Part shown: positions 1 through 11,520 of the stretch, piece by piece
Layout of the letters: the number at the start of each line of letters is the position of its first letter
Position numbering within the stretch: position 1 is the first letter of the stretch
Origin: Carcharhinus longimanus
Lineage: Eukaryota
NCBI GenBank assembly: GCA_030264375.1
Contig: JASCQW010000190.1
Span: forward strand, 80,686,575 to 80,750,574
Length of the DNA stretch: 64,000 nucleotides
Direction: 5' to 3'
Program-made: the position numbers and the translations under genes
The notes under the pieces: generated by a model
What the model was told of the DNA's origin: nothing
Databases searched by the model: none
What the model saw: the letters and a program-made list of their open reading frames with translations, nothing else

Positions 1-261
1 ACAATACACATCTCTTTAATCTGTGCTTAACCCTCTCTCCACTCACATTGTCTGTACCTTTAAGACTTGATTACCTGTAAAAGCTCGCATTCCAACCATT
101 ATTCTGTAAATTGAGTTTGTGTCTTTATATGCCTTGTTCGTGAACAGAACTCCCATTTACCTGACGAAGGAGAAGTGCTCCGAAAGTTAGTGGCTTTTGC
201 CAAATAAACCTGTTGGACTGATGTGTTTAGCCCAGTCTAACGCCAGCATCTCCACATCATG
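1..261 (+). mobile_element. Penelope-like element 3' end (pLTR and tail) with a degenerate hammerhead motif
   Basis: Same sequence as the copies at 20385-20755 (-), 29755-29904 and 34224-34495. CTGACGA...GAAA motif at 161-185. Family tail ccagtc.aacgcc.gcatctccacatcat. Confidence 0.75.
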
Positions 262-1700
262 TTCCTGTGACTGTCAGTGCACTCTTCCTGTATGTATTCC
301 TATGTATGGCTCTCCAAGCGGTTGGCCACAATCTCATGATGGAACTCATGTGTTCAGAACCCTGGGCTGCAATGGTGCAGATGAGCTGAATGGAGGCCTC
401 TGATCTCGGCCCATGGTTCTACACTATTTCAGGAACTCCTGACATCTTCTACTGCTGATTAAAGTAGAGCCACCTTGCTATTGCAACTGGGCTGTGTCAG
501 TCCTCCATTGTCCAAGGGTGGTTGGGAGATGGGGTGGAAATGACCTTCAGCTTGCTCTGCCTTTCTCACCTCTTCTGTGCACTCATGACATGCTCTTGGT
601 CCAGTGTGGCAGGCTTAATGACCCACCAATGTGAGCCTATCTGCGCTGGTGCATTGAAATGATGTGACACTTTTAACTTTGTGACATCCACCTCTTCAGA
701 GATTTCCAGTGATTTTGCTGCAGCACTGGCATAATCCCTCTCTACAACCAGGCCTGCGGGAGGTATAAAACACAGCTGAAGTTTTGGCACACTGTTGACT
801 GAGGAGGAACGTACTCCATCCCCTTCATCTACAGATTTCAATATCTTTACATTGTCTCTTCCAGGTTTCCCGCTCCTCCATTGCCCAACGGCAGCTTCGG
901 AGTGTCCAGTGCTGCCTTTCCATTCTAACAAGGGTAGCAAGCTGGAGGTGAGCACTCTGCAATCTGTATAAACCGTCTTCCTGGAATTGTGTGCCCTCTT
1001 CTCCTGCAAGGACAAAAGATATAGCAGCAACTCTCACCAATTCCAGCAGGTAGATAAAAAGCTGCATTTATTATTGCTGTGGGCTTCTCAGTAGTGCTAA
1101 ATATTTGAGCCTTGATGACAAGTCAGTTATTGTCCTGGGGACACATTTCTCCAAGGTGCAGGAACATCATGTGCTCTGTTTGATCAACTGGTGTGTCTGT
1201 TTGTGGCTGCAGATCTGGAAGCCTGCCATCTATATGTCAGGCAGCACCTTGCCAGGACAAATAAGTGTATTGAACCTCTTACAGTACTGCACCCTAGTCC
1301 TCTGGATCACATAGCAGCCAGCTGATTTTAGCTGGGTGGCCTTCTCCAGTCACCCTACAGCCCCAAGACGCTCACCTTTCTTGCACTGCCTCCAGCATGA
1401 TCTTGAGGATGGAATCGCTAAAGCTCGAGGCAGCCATTTTATGGCCTCTGCTCTCTCCTTGTATCACAGCATGGCTGCCACAGTAATGGTGGCACATGTC
1501 TTCAAATCAAGCTCGCACTTTCAGACACTCCTGTCCTCTTCTTGCACTCACCACCATTAATTGTTTGTCAAACCCACCTTCTTTCCAATTAGGGCCCACC
1601 TCAGTGACAATCAGGACCATTGGCTGCTTCCCATTCAAACCAGGGTCAGGATCCAGAACCCTGGTCCTGAGATAAACAGAAAATCCAGCCCAGGTGTCTA
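262..1700 (-). mobile_element. Decayed PIF/Harbinger-type transposon (Myb/SANT-like ORF relic)
   Basis: Minus strand about 1260-1440 reads, with frameshifts, AASSFSDSILKIMLEAVQER...RTRVQYCKRFNTL, resembling the (APRFSD..L..L..AV..RR ... RT..QCRKRFNDL) Myb/SANT protein of Harbinger elements. Confidence 0.45.
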
Positions 1701-1744
1701 GTTTCATTAGCATTGCTCTGGGCTGCAGGAAATTACATAATCAC

Positions 1745-1895
1745 CACAGTGCAGAAGGAGGCCATTTGGCCCATCAAGGCTGCACCAACAACAATCCCAT
1801 CCAGACCCTATCCCATAACCCCATGTGTTTACCCTGCTAATCCCTCTGATACTAAGGGTCGATTTAGAATGGCCAATCAACCTAACATGCACATT
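1745..1895 (-). mobile_element. HE1/V-SINE-type SINE, 3' part (CR1-derived tail)
   Basis: Reverse complement gives ..ttaggttgattggccattctaaat...gatgggccaaatggcctccttctgcactgt, the CR1-type tail shared with the copies at 3640, 5785 and 48323. Confidence 0.75.
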
Positions 1896-1972
1896 GAATA
1901 AGAGGGCAGAGGGCTAAAAATAGATTGTGTCGTGAGATTGTGTGTGAGATTGAATGTGTCATGAAACAATGA

Positions 1973-2318
1973 GGTGGCATGGTGGCACAGTGGTTAGCAC
2001 TGCTGCCTCACAGCACTAGGGACCGGGTTCAATTCCCAGCTTGGGTCACTGTCTATACGGAATCTGTATAGCTGGACACCACCCTCACCATGGAGGTTAC
2101 CAACTTCTTGGAGACTGTCCCCGTGTCTGTGTGGGTTTCCTTCTGGTGCTCCGGTTTCCTCCCAAGACCAAAGACATGCTGGTTAGATGCACTGGCCATG
2201 CTAAATTCTCCCTCAATGTGCCCAAACAGATGCCTGAGTGTGGGGGCTAGGGGATTTTCACAGTACCTTCATTGCAGTGTTAATGTAAGCCTACATTAAA
2301 TAAATAAACTTAAACTTT
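1973..2318 (+). mobile_element. HE1/V-SINE-type tRNA-derived SINE (tail type A) with a ~50-bp internal insert
   Basis: Pol III A box (tggcacagtggttagc) and B box (ggttcaattcc), V-domain gtgggtttcc..ggtgctccggtttcctccc, and tail gtgttaatgtaagcctac..aaataaataaacttaaact. Confidence 0.85.
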
Positions 2319-3039
2319 TGCTGTATCAGCCTTAAGTAGCTCCCAACATCCAAGCCATGAATTGCATCAGCTAAATCATGGAAATGGGCCATTTGTTTAA
2401 TCTCTCAGCCTGTCTCAGGTTCCTGGAAATGTACAGAAATGGTAATGAGGGGGGTGTGGGAACCAGAGAGATGATATCATTGCTCACATGGCCTCTAAGA
2501 ACAGTCTAATATTTAAAATCTGAAAGTACAAACTGACTTGTATTCTGATCCATGGGCAGCTGTAACCCTCATATTTAACCCAATAACCGTTCTTCATTTG
2601 TGTAATTCATCAAATAAACCAGTGTGCGGCGGAGGGAAGGGGGGAGATTTAAGCTCAATTGTGCACTCACTTGACAATCACAGATATTATCTTTCCACCA
2701 GGGATCACTGATCAGTTTCCTGATTGCTCACTTCATGAGTAATTGTGATGAACCCAAGGTGCTTGAAAATGCGGATCGCACTATCCCATGGGATGTTCGA
2801 AGCACATTGATGTATTTAAGATGCGTAGATCAGATTGTGAAGAAATAGTTAATGTCCATGTTTCGTTGGCCCAAAAACGTGACCCCAGCCTGACCAAACA
2901 AAAACTTTCACAAGTGTCCTTCTTAAAGTACCACTAATAATTAAACTAAACATAAACATAAAAAGTCATGAAAAGAAAGATATACCTTCCCTGGTATGTT
3001 TATTGGTATACAATAAATGAAATTATTGTAATAGAAATA

Positions 3040-3192
3040 AAATGCTGCAGAAATTTGAAATAAAAACAGAAAATACTGGAAATACTCAGCAGGTCAAACA
3101 GCAGAGTCATCATGACCTGCAACTCTGTCTCTGTCTGTCTGTCTCTCTCTCTCCACAGATGCTGTCTGAGTATTTCCAGGATTTGATTGTTG
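3040..3192. repeat. Short palindromic (fold-back) repeat, likely Penelope-derived or MER6-like; degenerate relatives near 39915-40030 and 57900-57985
   Basis: ctggaaatactcag (about 3076-3089) is inverted as ctgagtatttccag (about 3166-3179), around a tctg/tc microsatellite. Confidence 0.5.
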
Positions 3193-3547
3193 TCTCTCGC
3201 GATGTCCACTGGTAGTGCACTGGTATGCACTGCAGTAATTCGAGTGGGATGAGGCTTGAGTGGAGTGGATGCACTGACTGGACAAAGAGGTTGAGTAGCC
3301 TATTTCTACGAAGTTCTATGAAATCGTGTCCGATCACTTACACTGTGAGCTAAACGAACCCCGTGACATAATTTTATAAACAGGTTCCCTTCTTTTCCCC
3401 AAAAGAATACCATAGCAATTTACTGCACAAATGAAACTCTATTATTTAATAACGTCACAAGCCTTTTGAAGTTTATTGGAAAACTTTGTAATAATGAATG
3501 TAATATCTGAACAATTCACTGGTCCCTCCCTTTTCATTCCATGCTAA

Positions 3548-3630
3548 GTAATCTCACAACACCACGTTAAAGTCCAAAAGGTTTATTTGGTAGCATGAGC
3601 TTTCGGAGCGCTGCCCCTTCATCAGGTGCG
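3548..3630 (-). mobile_element. Penelope-like pLTR fragment with hammerhead motif
   Basis: Reverse complement reads GCAC-CTGATGA-A-GGGGC-AGC-GCTCC-GAAA-GCTC-ATGC-taccaaataaacc. Confidence 0.75.
3593..3629 (-). ncRNA. Minimal type I hammerhead ribozyme motif
   Basis: Core CUGAUGA and GAAA, stem II GGGGC/GCUCC, palindromic AGCU mini-stem III, cleavage triplet CUC, and stem I GCAC/AUGC (one mismatch). Confidence 0.6.
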
Positions 3631-3639
3631 TGCCAATGG

Positions 3640-3952
3640 AATTCTACAGTACAGAAAGAGGCCATTCAGCCCATTGAATCCATACAATCCCACCCAGGCC
3701 CTATTCCCATAACCCCACATATTTACCCTGCTAATCTCCCTAACACGGGGGTGGGGGGGTGGAATTTAGCTTGGCCAATCCACCTAACCTTCACATCTTT
3801 GGAGTGTGAGAGGAAACTGGAGCACGTGGTGGAAACCCACACAGACACAGAGAGAACATGCAAACTCCACACAGACAGTGCCCTGAGGTTGGAATTGAAC
3901 TGGGCCCTGGCGCTATCAGACAGCAGTGCTAACCACTGTGCCATTGTACCAC
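3640..3952 (-). mobile_element. HE1/V-SINE-type SINE, near full length (CR1-type tail)
   Basis: Reverse complement starts ggtacaatggcacagtggttagcactgctg and ends ggcctctttctgtactgtagaatt. Confidence 0.85.
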
Positions 3953-4014
3953 CAGCTGCTTCTACTCACACCATGTGAAATGTGTAATATCCCAGTAACA
4001 ATTCTCCCCTACTT

Positions 4015-4240
4015 TAAGAGATCCAAACTGACAGGGTGGCTGCTTTGTAGAACAGCTCCATTCAGCCCGACCCTGAGATTCAAGTAAATCAAGTCCTTTT
4101 CATGCTCCACTTTCTCCCTCCCTGAGCTTGGCTTCCTACTGTGTCAATGAAACTCAACATAAGTTCAAAGGCACATTTTTCACTTTGACACTTTATAGCC
4201 TTCTAGATTCAACATGGAGTTCAACAAATTCCGATCATAA
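4015..4240 (+). mobile_element. Old Penelope-like GIY-YIG endonuclease C-terminal relic
   Basis: Degenerate match to GE(T)KR.L..RF.EHL...LGTL.P.G.N.EFN (gagatccaaa...gctttgtagaacagctcc...acactttatagccttctagattcaacatggagttcaac). Confidence 0.4.
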
Positions 4241-4599
4241 CATCTACCCCATTTCTTTCAGACAGTACTTTTGCTGGTGATTCTGCTGTTGCTATTTCCT
4301 CCAGACCCAACTTTTGTTTATTTATTTGTCCTGGTATCAGTGTGGCAGGAGCCATTTGGGCCATAAAAGTGCGGCTGCCAGAATTTTACTAGTAGCTGGA
4401 CACCACCCTTACCACATATGGAGGTTAGAAACTTCTTGGAGACTATCTGTAGCCACTCGGTGGAGGCAGTGGGGGAAGTGGGGGATGGGAGGGAGAATGG
4501 GAGGGGAGGGGAATAACAGTATCTCTGTTATGATTGAGAATGGGCAGAATACAGTATTCCAGTTGTATTGGAGTGATGTCACCTGCAATGGCTGTAACA

Positions 4600-4873
4600 A
4601 TAAGGTAGTAAAGATGCAACAAATTTCAATGTGAATCAAAACAGGCCATTATCGATTATTATAAAAATCCACCCGGTTCACTAATGTCCTTTAGGGAAGG
4701 AAATCTGCCATCCTCACCTAGTCTGGCCTACACACAACTCCAGACCCACAGAAATATAATTAACTCTCTAAAAAATGTCCGAGAAAGCCATTGAGTTCAG
4801 GGTAATTAGGGATGGGCAATAAATAAAGGCCCAGCCAGTGATGCTCACAGCCATGAAAGAATGAAAAAAAAAC
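4600..4873 (+). mobile_element. Second tRNA-derived SINE family (other copies 22500-22810 -, 48020-48655 -, degenerate 23880-24070 +)
   Basis: Shared core ggttcactaatgtcctttagggaaggaaatctgcc...gactccagacccacag and tail agggatgggcaataaat...ggcccagccagtgatgc...aatgaaaaaaaa. Confidence 0.7.
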
Positions 4874-5784
4874 TCAACATGATGTTTTCTAGACTGAAGA
4901 ATAAAAACAAAGTTTGGAATATATGTTGCCACAGCTATTTTACATTTTAATTGCATGTAACCTCTTCCAGGATGGACGATTTTATTCCGGTTACTTTATT
5001 CCTTTGGAAATATTACTAATTTGACCATCCTGGACCCAGTAAGAAGAGCCCCAACCATCCAGGTTCCCTTGCTACTGGAATTGGAGTTAGATCTGGTGGT
5101 GGATTTACGGACTCCTTTTGGTTGTGTAAATCCAGTCCGGGTTTTCCCTCTGGTGGTGGCTGCTCATTGAGCTGGGTGTGCACAAATATCTGTGCAGAGA
5201 TCCTGTTAGGTTGGGTGTGAGGATAAGCTGTAAAAGTTTTCCTGTTGAGAGTAACAATGTTTTGGAATGGTGGCTTCCTCTTAACACCTGATGCAATTGA
5301 TCAGAGAAGGTAAAAGTTTCTTTGTGCTGATTGTTATACTGATGCTGGATATTTAAAGCTTAATTGTTACTAGTGTGAATCCATGTTTTGGAATTTTTGT
5401 CTCATTTTAGAGGAAGCCAATAATCCGTCCTGCCCTAAAAAAAAACACGCATTTAGAGCCTGAGTTATTTTTGTTTCAGTAGCTGGTTGGATTTCTTTCT
5501 ACCATGTCTGTTTTTTCAATCAAGTGAGTGCTTTATGGTAATAACAGCACTCTGACTGTACAATAGCTAGTTAGATTCAGAGAAAAGTAACTATCTCCCG
5601 TCTAGTTAAATATCTTCTCCTGCCCCAATCCCTTCTCAGTCAGTGCTATTTGGTGAGTTATTTGTGTTATTTATTGTTAGGGTTTGAGAATGTTGTTTCT
5701 CTGGTGAATTGTACAGAGCTAACGCAGAAAGAGGGTGAGGCCATTCAGCCCTTCCAGCCTGTTCTTCCATTGAGTTGGACTATG

Positions 5785-6068
5785 GGTGGCACGTTGGCAC
5801 AATGGTTAGCACTGCTGCTACACAGCTACACAGACCTAGATTCAATTCTGGTCGTCGTGGATCACTGTCTGTGTGGGTTTCCTCCTGGCGCTCGAGTTTT
5901 CTCCACAGTCCAAAGATGTGCAGGTTGGATTGATTGGCCATGGTAAATTGCTCTCTGTCAGAGGAGACTAGCAAGGTAAATACATGTGGTTACAGGGATC
6001 GGGTCTGGGTGGGATTGCAGGCTCCATGGGCTGAATGGCCTCCTTCTGCACTGTAAGGAATGTATGAT
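5785..6068 (+). mobile_element. HE1/V-SINE-type SINE (CR1-type tail)
   Basis: ggtggcacgttggcacaatggttagcactgctg head; ends gggctgaatggcctccttctgcactgtaaggaatgtatg. Confidence 0.8.
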
Positions 6069-6069
6069 T

Positions 6070-6560
6070 GGCCTGTACCTCACCTCACCTTATCCATTGT
6101 TGTTCTGTATTCCGCTACCCTTAACATCACAAAAAATTTAACTCAGTCTTCAATTTCAGTTGGCTAAGATGTATATTTTGGGAGATGAGTTCCAGATGTA
6201 ACGCGACCATTTGAGTAAAGCTGTGTTTTCTGATTTCATCACTAAATGGTCTACCTCTAATTTTATGATGATACCCAATTGTGCTGGATTCCACCACCAG
6301 AGGAAATAGTATCCCTGTCTCTCCTCTCTTCAGTCCATTCATAAATGCTAATTATCTTGGTTAGATCACCACTAAACCCTGTCAGCCCAAGGGGATGGAT
6401 GTTAAGTTTGTACAAATTGTCCTCTGATTTAACCCTTTTAATACCTGGCACAATTCCAGTGAAGCTGAGCTATGCTCCTTCCCAGATCATTATATCCTCC
6501 TTCTGGTCTGGGGCGCAAAGATGAATGAGATACTCCAGGTACGGTCTTAGCAACTGGAAT
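6070..6560 (-). mobile_element. CR1/HER1 LINE 3' fragment, decayed
   Basis: Minus-strand ORFs resemble the CR1 ORF2 C-terminus (LFPLV.ES.T.G..KIRGRPF..EIRK..FTQ). Confidence 0.7.
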
Positions 6561-6869
6561 AACAAAATATATTGGCTCGGAAAGCTGTAAATAAGCAATG
6601 GTAGACCGCCAAAGCAGAGAGAATTTGAATACAAAACAAACTTATTCCATCAAGGGAGAGTAGTGCAACATAGAAAAGGAGGTTTAAGATGTATGTTACT
6701 TACAGAATACCATCAGAGAACAAGCAGAATGCAGAGAGTGCAATGGGAAAATGATGTGAAAGAGCAAGTGTATGAGAAAGGATTAACAGGTTACGTGACT
6801 TGGAATCCAGTTTTTCTTCATAAACATATCCTTCTTTGGCAAATACTATCTAACGAGTATGATTGTTCA

Positions 6870-8700
6870 TCTAAGAAATTCCATATCACTGGTCATGTGT
6901 TCTGTGGGTCCTTGCGTGGCTCATGAACCCCAACTCTGACTGCACATTTTTCAGGTAGTTCCTGGAGGTGGGATTGATCCTTGGACTTGTAATTGCTGAC
7001 ATTCCTTTCTCGGGTTCCTTTAGGAACCTCATCTTATCGTCAGGTGTTCTGAAGAATTGTGTCCCTTCAATCAGGTAAGTTTCTTCTGAGCATTGATGTC
7101 AATGTTGCATTACTTGAAGTAAGCCTTCAGGGTGTCTTTGAAGTGCTTCCTTTGTCCTTCTCTTGTTCGAGATCCTTCCTTAATCTGGGAGATGATTTGC
7201 TTTGGCATCTTGAGCATCTAGCCAGCCCAGCAGATTTTGGATGATCATGGCATCCAGCAGTCATGTGCAATGGTCATTACTTTGGTGATGAGGATATCCT
7301 TTTGGCTTCGGGATCAGAAGATGACGTGATTGATCCTGTGCTAGTGCATTGATTGTGGATGTCTCCAGAAGGTCTTGAATTTGTCTTTGAAGTGGGACAA
7401 TGTTAGTGATGTCAATCTGCTGTTCCACAGATTTAGTGGGCAGGAGAACCCTGTTGGAGCTGCATTTCCCAACTCCGTCCTTTCCAATGGATCCTTTCCA
7501 GAGTTGGGAGTCCCTTCCAACTGTGGAGTTGAAGTCCCCAAGGAGGATAATCTGATCTTCCTTACAAATGTTGGAGAGAATATGGCAGGTCTGTCATATG
7601 ATGAGAGACTAAGTTGGCTAGGATTGTATTAATCGGAGTTTAGAAGTGTAAGACGGGATTTCATAGAAACTTATAAAATTCTAACAGAGTTAGACAAGTA
7701 GGTTCGGAAAATATGTTCCTGATGGTGGGGAGTCTAGAACTAAGATCATAGTTTGAGGATAAGGGATAAAACTTTTAGGAAAGAGGTAAGGAGAAATTCC
7801 TTCATCCAGAAGGTGGTGAATTTGTTGAATTCCCTACCATAGAAAGTAGTTGAGACCAAAACTTTGTGTGATTTCAAGAAGAAATTAGATATTGTTCTTG
7901 GAGCTACAGGGATCAGGATATTGAATCTGATGATCCACCATGATCAAGATGAATGGTGGAGTAGGCTTGAAGGGCTGAATGGCCTAATCCTGCTAGCTTA
8001 CATGAGAATATAGTGTCCAGGGTGAAGTAGAAGCCTTCTTCAGAGTCGGCATCAAGGGTTGGGGCATAAGCACTCACGACCATTGTCTGTTGCAAGGAAC
8101 CAAGTTGTAGGTGGAGAGTCAGGAGGTATTCATTGATGCCCACGGAGCTCTGAGAATCGGTTGAGTTTGTTCTTGATGGTGAATCCAAGTCCATACTTCA
8201 TAGACTGAACCTCGGATTTTCCACTCCAGAAGATATAACCATAGCTTTCTTTCCATAACTGCTTTGTCAGCTCCTTGGGTCTCTTGCAGGGTAGGGATGT
8301 CAATATTAAAGTGTTTGAGTTCACGGACAACTATTGCAGTTCTCCGTTCTGGTTAACTGTTCTGCTTGTTTTCCATGAGGGTTTGTACATTCCAGTTCTG
8401 AGATTGAATTGAACTTTGATTTTGTAACTGCAGGTTGATGAGCCTGCTGGATGTGGTTTACCAGCCAGTTTGCAGACAGAGCAGACTATTTTTAGGCCAT
8501 CCATTCCTAGCCCTTTCCCAGTGCAGGTGAGCTGAGTGGATCCTGAAGAGGACTGCTCAGTTGTGAAGAAAGGTGCTCGTATTCCAAGAGTAAAATGGCT
8601 GAATCAAACTCCGCTGCCCACGTACTAGCCCAAAGCTAGGGACTTCCAGATTGCACAGTCCTGTCACTGCTCGTTGTTCACCGCAGGCCTGTCTGAGTTG
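6870..8700 (-). mobile_element. RTE-clade (BovB-like) LINE 5' region with endonuclease relic, interrupted by a CR1 insertion
   Basis: APE motifs GYIFWSGK...GLGFTIKN, VVSAYAPTLDADSEEGFYFTLDTIFS|NICKEDQIILLGDFN, and KTFWRHPQS.H are typical of RTE endonucleases. Confidence 0.75.
7584..8003 (+). mobile_element. 5'-truncated CR1 LINE with 8-bp TSD, nested in the RTE element
   Basis: MAGLSYDERLS.LGLY... CR1 C-terminus and 3' tail gggctgaatggcctaatcctgct. GAGAATAT is duplicated at 7576-7583 and 8004-8011. Confidence 0.85.
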
Positions 8701-9049
8701 GAGGTGTATTGGTTTCCTCTAGGTAGATGCTTCCTGCGGGACTTCTTGTAATGTAGGAATGCAATTGCACNNNNNNNNNNNNNNNNNNNNNNNNNNNNNN
8801 NNNNNNNNNNNNNNNNNNNNNNNNNNNNNNNCTGCAGCCTTCATTCACCAATGCAGCCATTGATATTGCACAAACATCTGCCACCTGATCGGCCATTGAG
8901 GACTTTTTGTTTGGATTGTACTTTGCCCTGTTCCTGCCGTCAACCTTAGCATAGTGGGTGACCTCGCCTGGAGTTAAGATTCCCGATGGTATCTCTCTTG
9001 GGATCAATGGAACGCTCAACCACAGCAAGGTGGCAATCCATGGAAAGAC

Positions 9050-9610
9050 AGAAATGTATAAAAAGTAACGGGACAGTTAGGGAACCAATAAATGAAACCT
9101 TGAGCAAGCAGAGGGCATGACTAAGCTCCTGAGTCTGTCTTCACAAAAGCAGAGGATGAGGTTAATGCTGAATTAGAAAAGTGGCAAGGAAAGTTACAGG
9201 ATAGTATAAAATAGATAAAAAAGTGATGCTAAATAGTTTGGCGTCAACCCAAAGTTAATAACTCACCCTGTCCAGATATACTTTCAAAGTTGTTGAAGGA
9301 AATTGGGATGGATTCAGAAGCTCTGGCCATAATCCTCGTTCAATATTTTGAGTGGTGTCAGAGAAGCAGAAGTTTGCAACTGTTCAAAAAGAGGAGACGG
9401 AAAATCCTGATAACGACAAGCCAATCTGTTTAATGTGAATGGGAAAACCACTAAAGATTGTTATTGAAAACAAGGTTAATTCTCATTTGGAGGTTAATAA
9501 GGGGCAGCCGAAATGAATCAATGCAGTAAATGTTGTATCTATGGATTTTCAAAAGGCATTTGACCAAGTACCCCATGAAAGGCTTGATTGTGAAATAGAA
9601 AATATAGGGT
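9050..9610 (+). mobile_element. Decayed CR1 reverse-transcriptase fragment
   Basis: YMDFQKAFDQVPHERL motif at about 9538-9590. Confidence 0.7.
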
Positions 9611-9812
9611 GAGGTTTTTCCCACTCTGCGGCGTGCTCCCTGGTGGAGGGAGTCAGTGCATGCTTGCTGGCAATGGAATCATATGGTCCCACCGCTGTTA
9701 ACAGGTTTTTCCATTGACTGCTCACCTTGTTACCAGGAAATCCACAGTGGGGTGCACAGTTGGCAGGACAGTAAGCTCCTGCTGGCATGGACAGTAGCAA
9801 AATGTCAGCAAC
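9610..9812. repeat. MITE-like repeat; related copy in reverse orientation at about 42090-42275
   Basis: Shared gaatc.tatggtcccaccgctgttaac.gg..ttccattgac versus gtcaatgg..ccattgacgatggtggaaccataagatcc. This copy abuts a CR1 fragment; the 42090 copy interrupts one. Confidence 0.45.
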
Positions 9813-10029
9813 TGTACTGAAGAAACACTTGTGACATTGACTAAAGTAGAGGCAGACTATAGTAGTGAACAAATGTTTTCAGTCCTGTGGGTGCCCTCAG
9901 TGTCAGTATGAGGACCATTTTACCACTTGTATGCATACAGACCAGGGTCAAGAGTTTGGATTTTGGGTCAGGACCTTGAGATGTCAAGATCCTGCACCAA
10001 GCAGTGATTTTTTTTTCCCCAAATTTGTC

Positions 10030-11520
10030 ATCCAATTATTTTAAAAATTCACTCATGGGATATGAGTGTCACTGGCTAAGCTGTCATTTATCGCCCACCC
10101 CTAATTGCCCTTGAGATAGTGCTGGTGATGAACTGCCTTGCAGTCCATGTGGTGAAGGTGCATCCACATGTGTCAGTGGTGGAGGGAATGAATGTTTGTG
10201 GATGGAGTTCCAATCAAGTGGGCTGATGTGTCTTGGATGGTGTCAAGCTTCTTGGTGTTGGAGCTGCACTTAACCATGCAAGCAGAGGGTATTCTGTCAC
10301 CATGAATGATCAGAGATATTCAGGGTACAATGAGAAGGAAAAGAAAGGTTTTTAAAAACTATAAGAGGACCAAATCAGTGAGATGTAGAAAGTGCAGAGT
10401 GGAGCTTAAGAAAACAATTAGAAATACAGGAGGGGATAAGAAAGTGCCCTGGCTGCTAAAAGTAGGGAAAATCGCAAGATATTCTATAAGTATTTCAATG
10501 GGAAGAGAAAGTGTAGGGTCCATTAGAGTCCAAGGAGGCAATTTGTGGGTGGAGCCAGAGTACTTTGGTAGAGTATTGAATGAATATTTTATGTATGTCT
10601 TTACTCAAGAAAATAAGGATGATGGTAAGAATTCAGCAAGAGAGACTGTGAGGTTTTTGAGCAAATTGACATAGGTAAGGACAAGATATTGGAGGTGTTG
10701 ACGGTCTTGACCTATATCCCTCCCTTCCTTGCATATTCATGTGCTTATCTAAAAGCCCCTTAAACACTCCTATTGTATCTTCTTTCACCATCACCCCTGG
10801 CAGTGCATTCCAAACACCCACCATTCTGTGGGGGGGAAAAAACTTGCCCTTCACAGCTTCTATGAACTTCCCCCTCTCACCTTGAGTGCATGCCTCCACC
10901 AGTAGACATTTCAACTCTGGGGAAAAGATTCTGATTGTCAACCCTATCTATGCCTCTCATTTTATACACTTCTACCAAGTCTCCCCTCAGCCTCAGCCAC
11001 TCCAGAGAAAACAACCCCATAGCAATTATATATATATGTAGCTCATGTCTTATTCAGACAGCGTCCTGGAAAGCTGCACCATGTCATCCTGACTTTTATA
11101 CTCAATGCCCCCATCAATAAAGGGAAGCCTTCTTTACCATCTTATCTACTTGTGAATGTTAAGGAGTGATGGTTAGATTCTCTTATTGGACATACGTGTT
11201 AATGCCTGGTACTTGTGTGGCGTGAATGTTATTTACCACTTGTTCCCTCGAGGGTAATAGGTGGTAATAACAAGCCCAGAGATATTCAGGATACAATGAG
11301 AAGGAAAAGAAAGATTTTTAAAAACTACAAGAGGACCAAATCAGTGAGATGTAGAAAGTGCAGGGTGGAGCCCACTTTCAGAGAGCTATGTACTTGAACC
11401 CCAAGGTTCCTCTGTACATCAGTGCTGTTGAGGGTCTTGTCATTAATTGTATATTTATCCTTAACACTTGCCCTCCCAAAGTGTAGTACCTCACATTTGC
11501 CTGGATTAAAATCCTCCTGC
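10030..11520. mobile_element. Rearranged cluster of CR1-type LINE fragments in both orientations
   Basis: CR1 ORF2 pieces on + (10306-10700, 11244-11372) and - (10710-11150, 11372-11520; FNPGKCEVLHFGR...QRNLGVQVHSSLKV). Pieces of another LINE's 3' end at 10030-10305 and 11160-11243. Confidence 0.7.

Noticed and set aside
566-1030. 154-aa ORF, the longest gap-free ORF in the track
   Set aside because: Lies within a decayed Harbinger-like region; no host-gene motif or consistent splice sites.
1973-2045. tRNA-like A and B boxes (also at other SINE heads)
   Set aside because: These are SINE heads that continue into V-domain bodies; there is no complete cloverleaf, so they are not tRNA genes.
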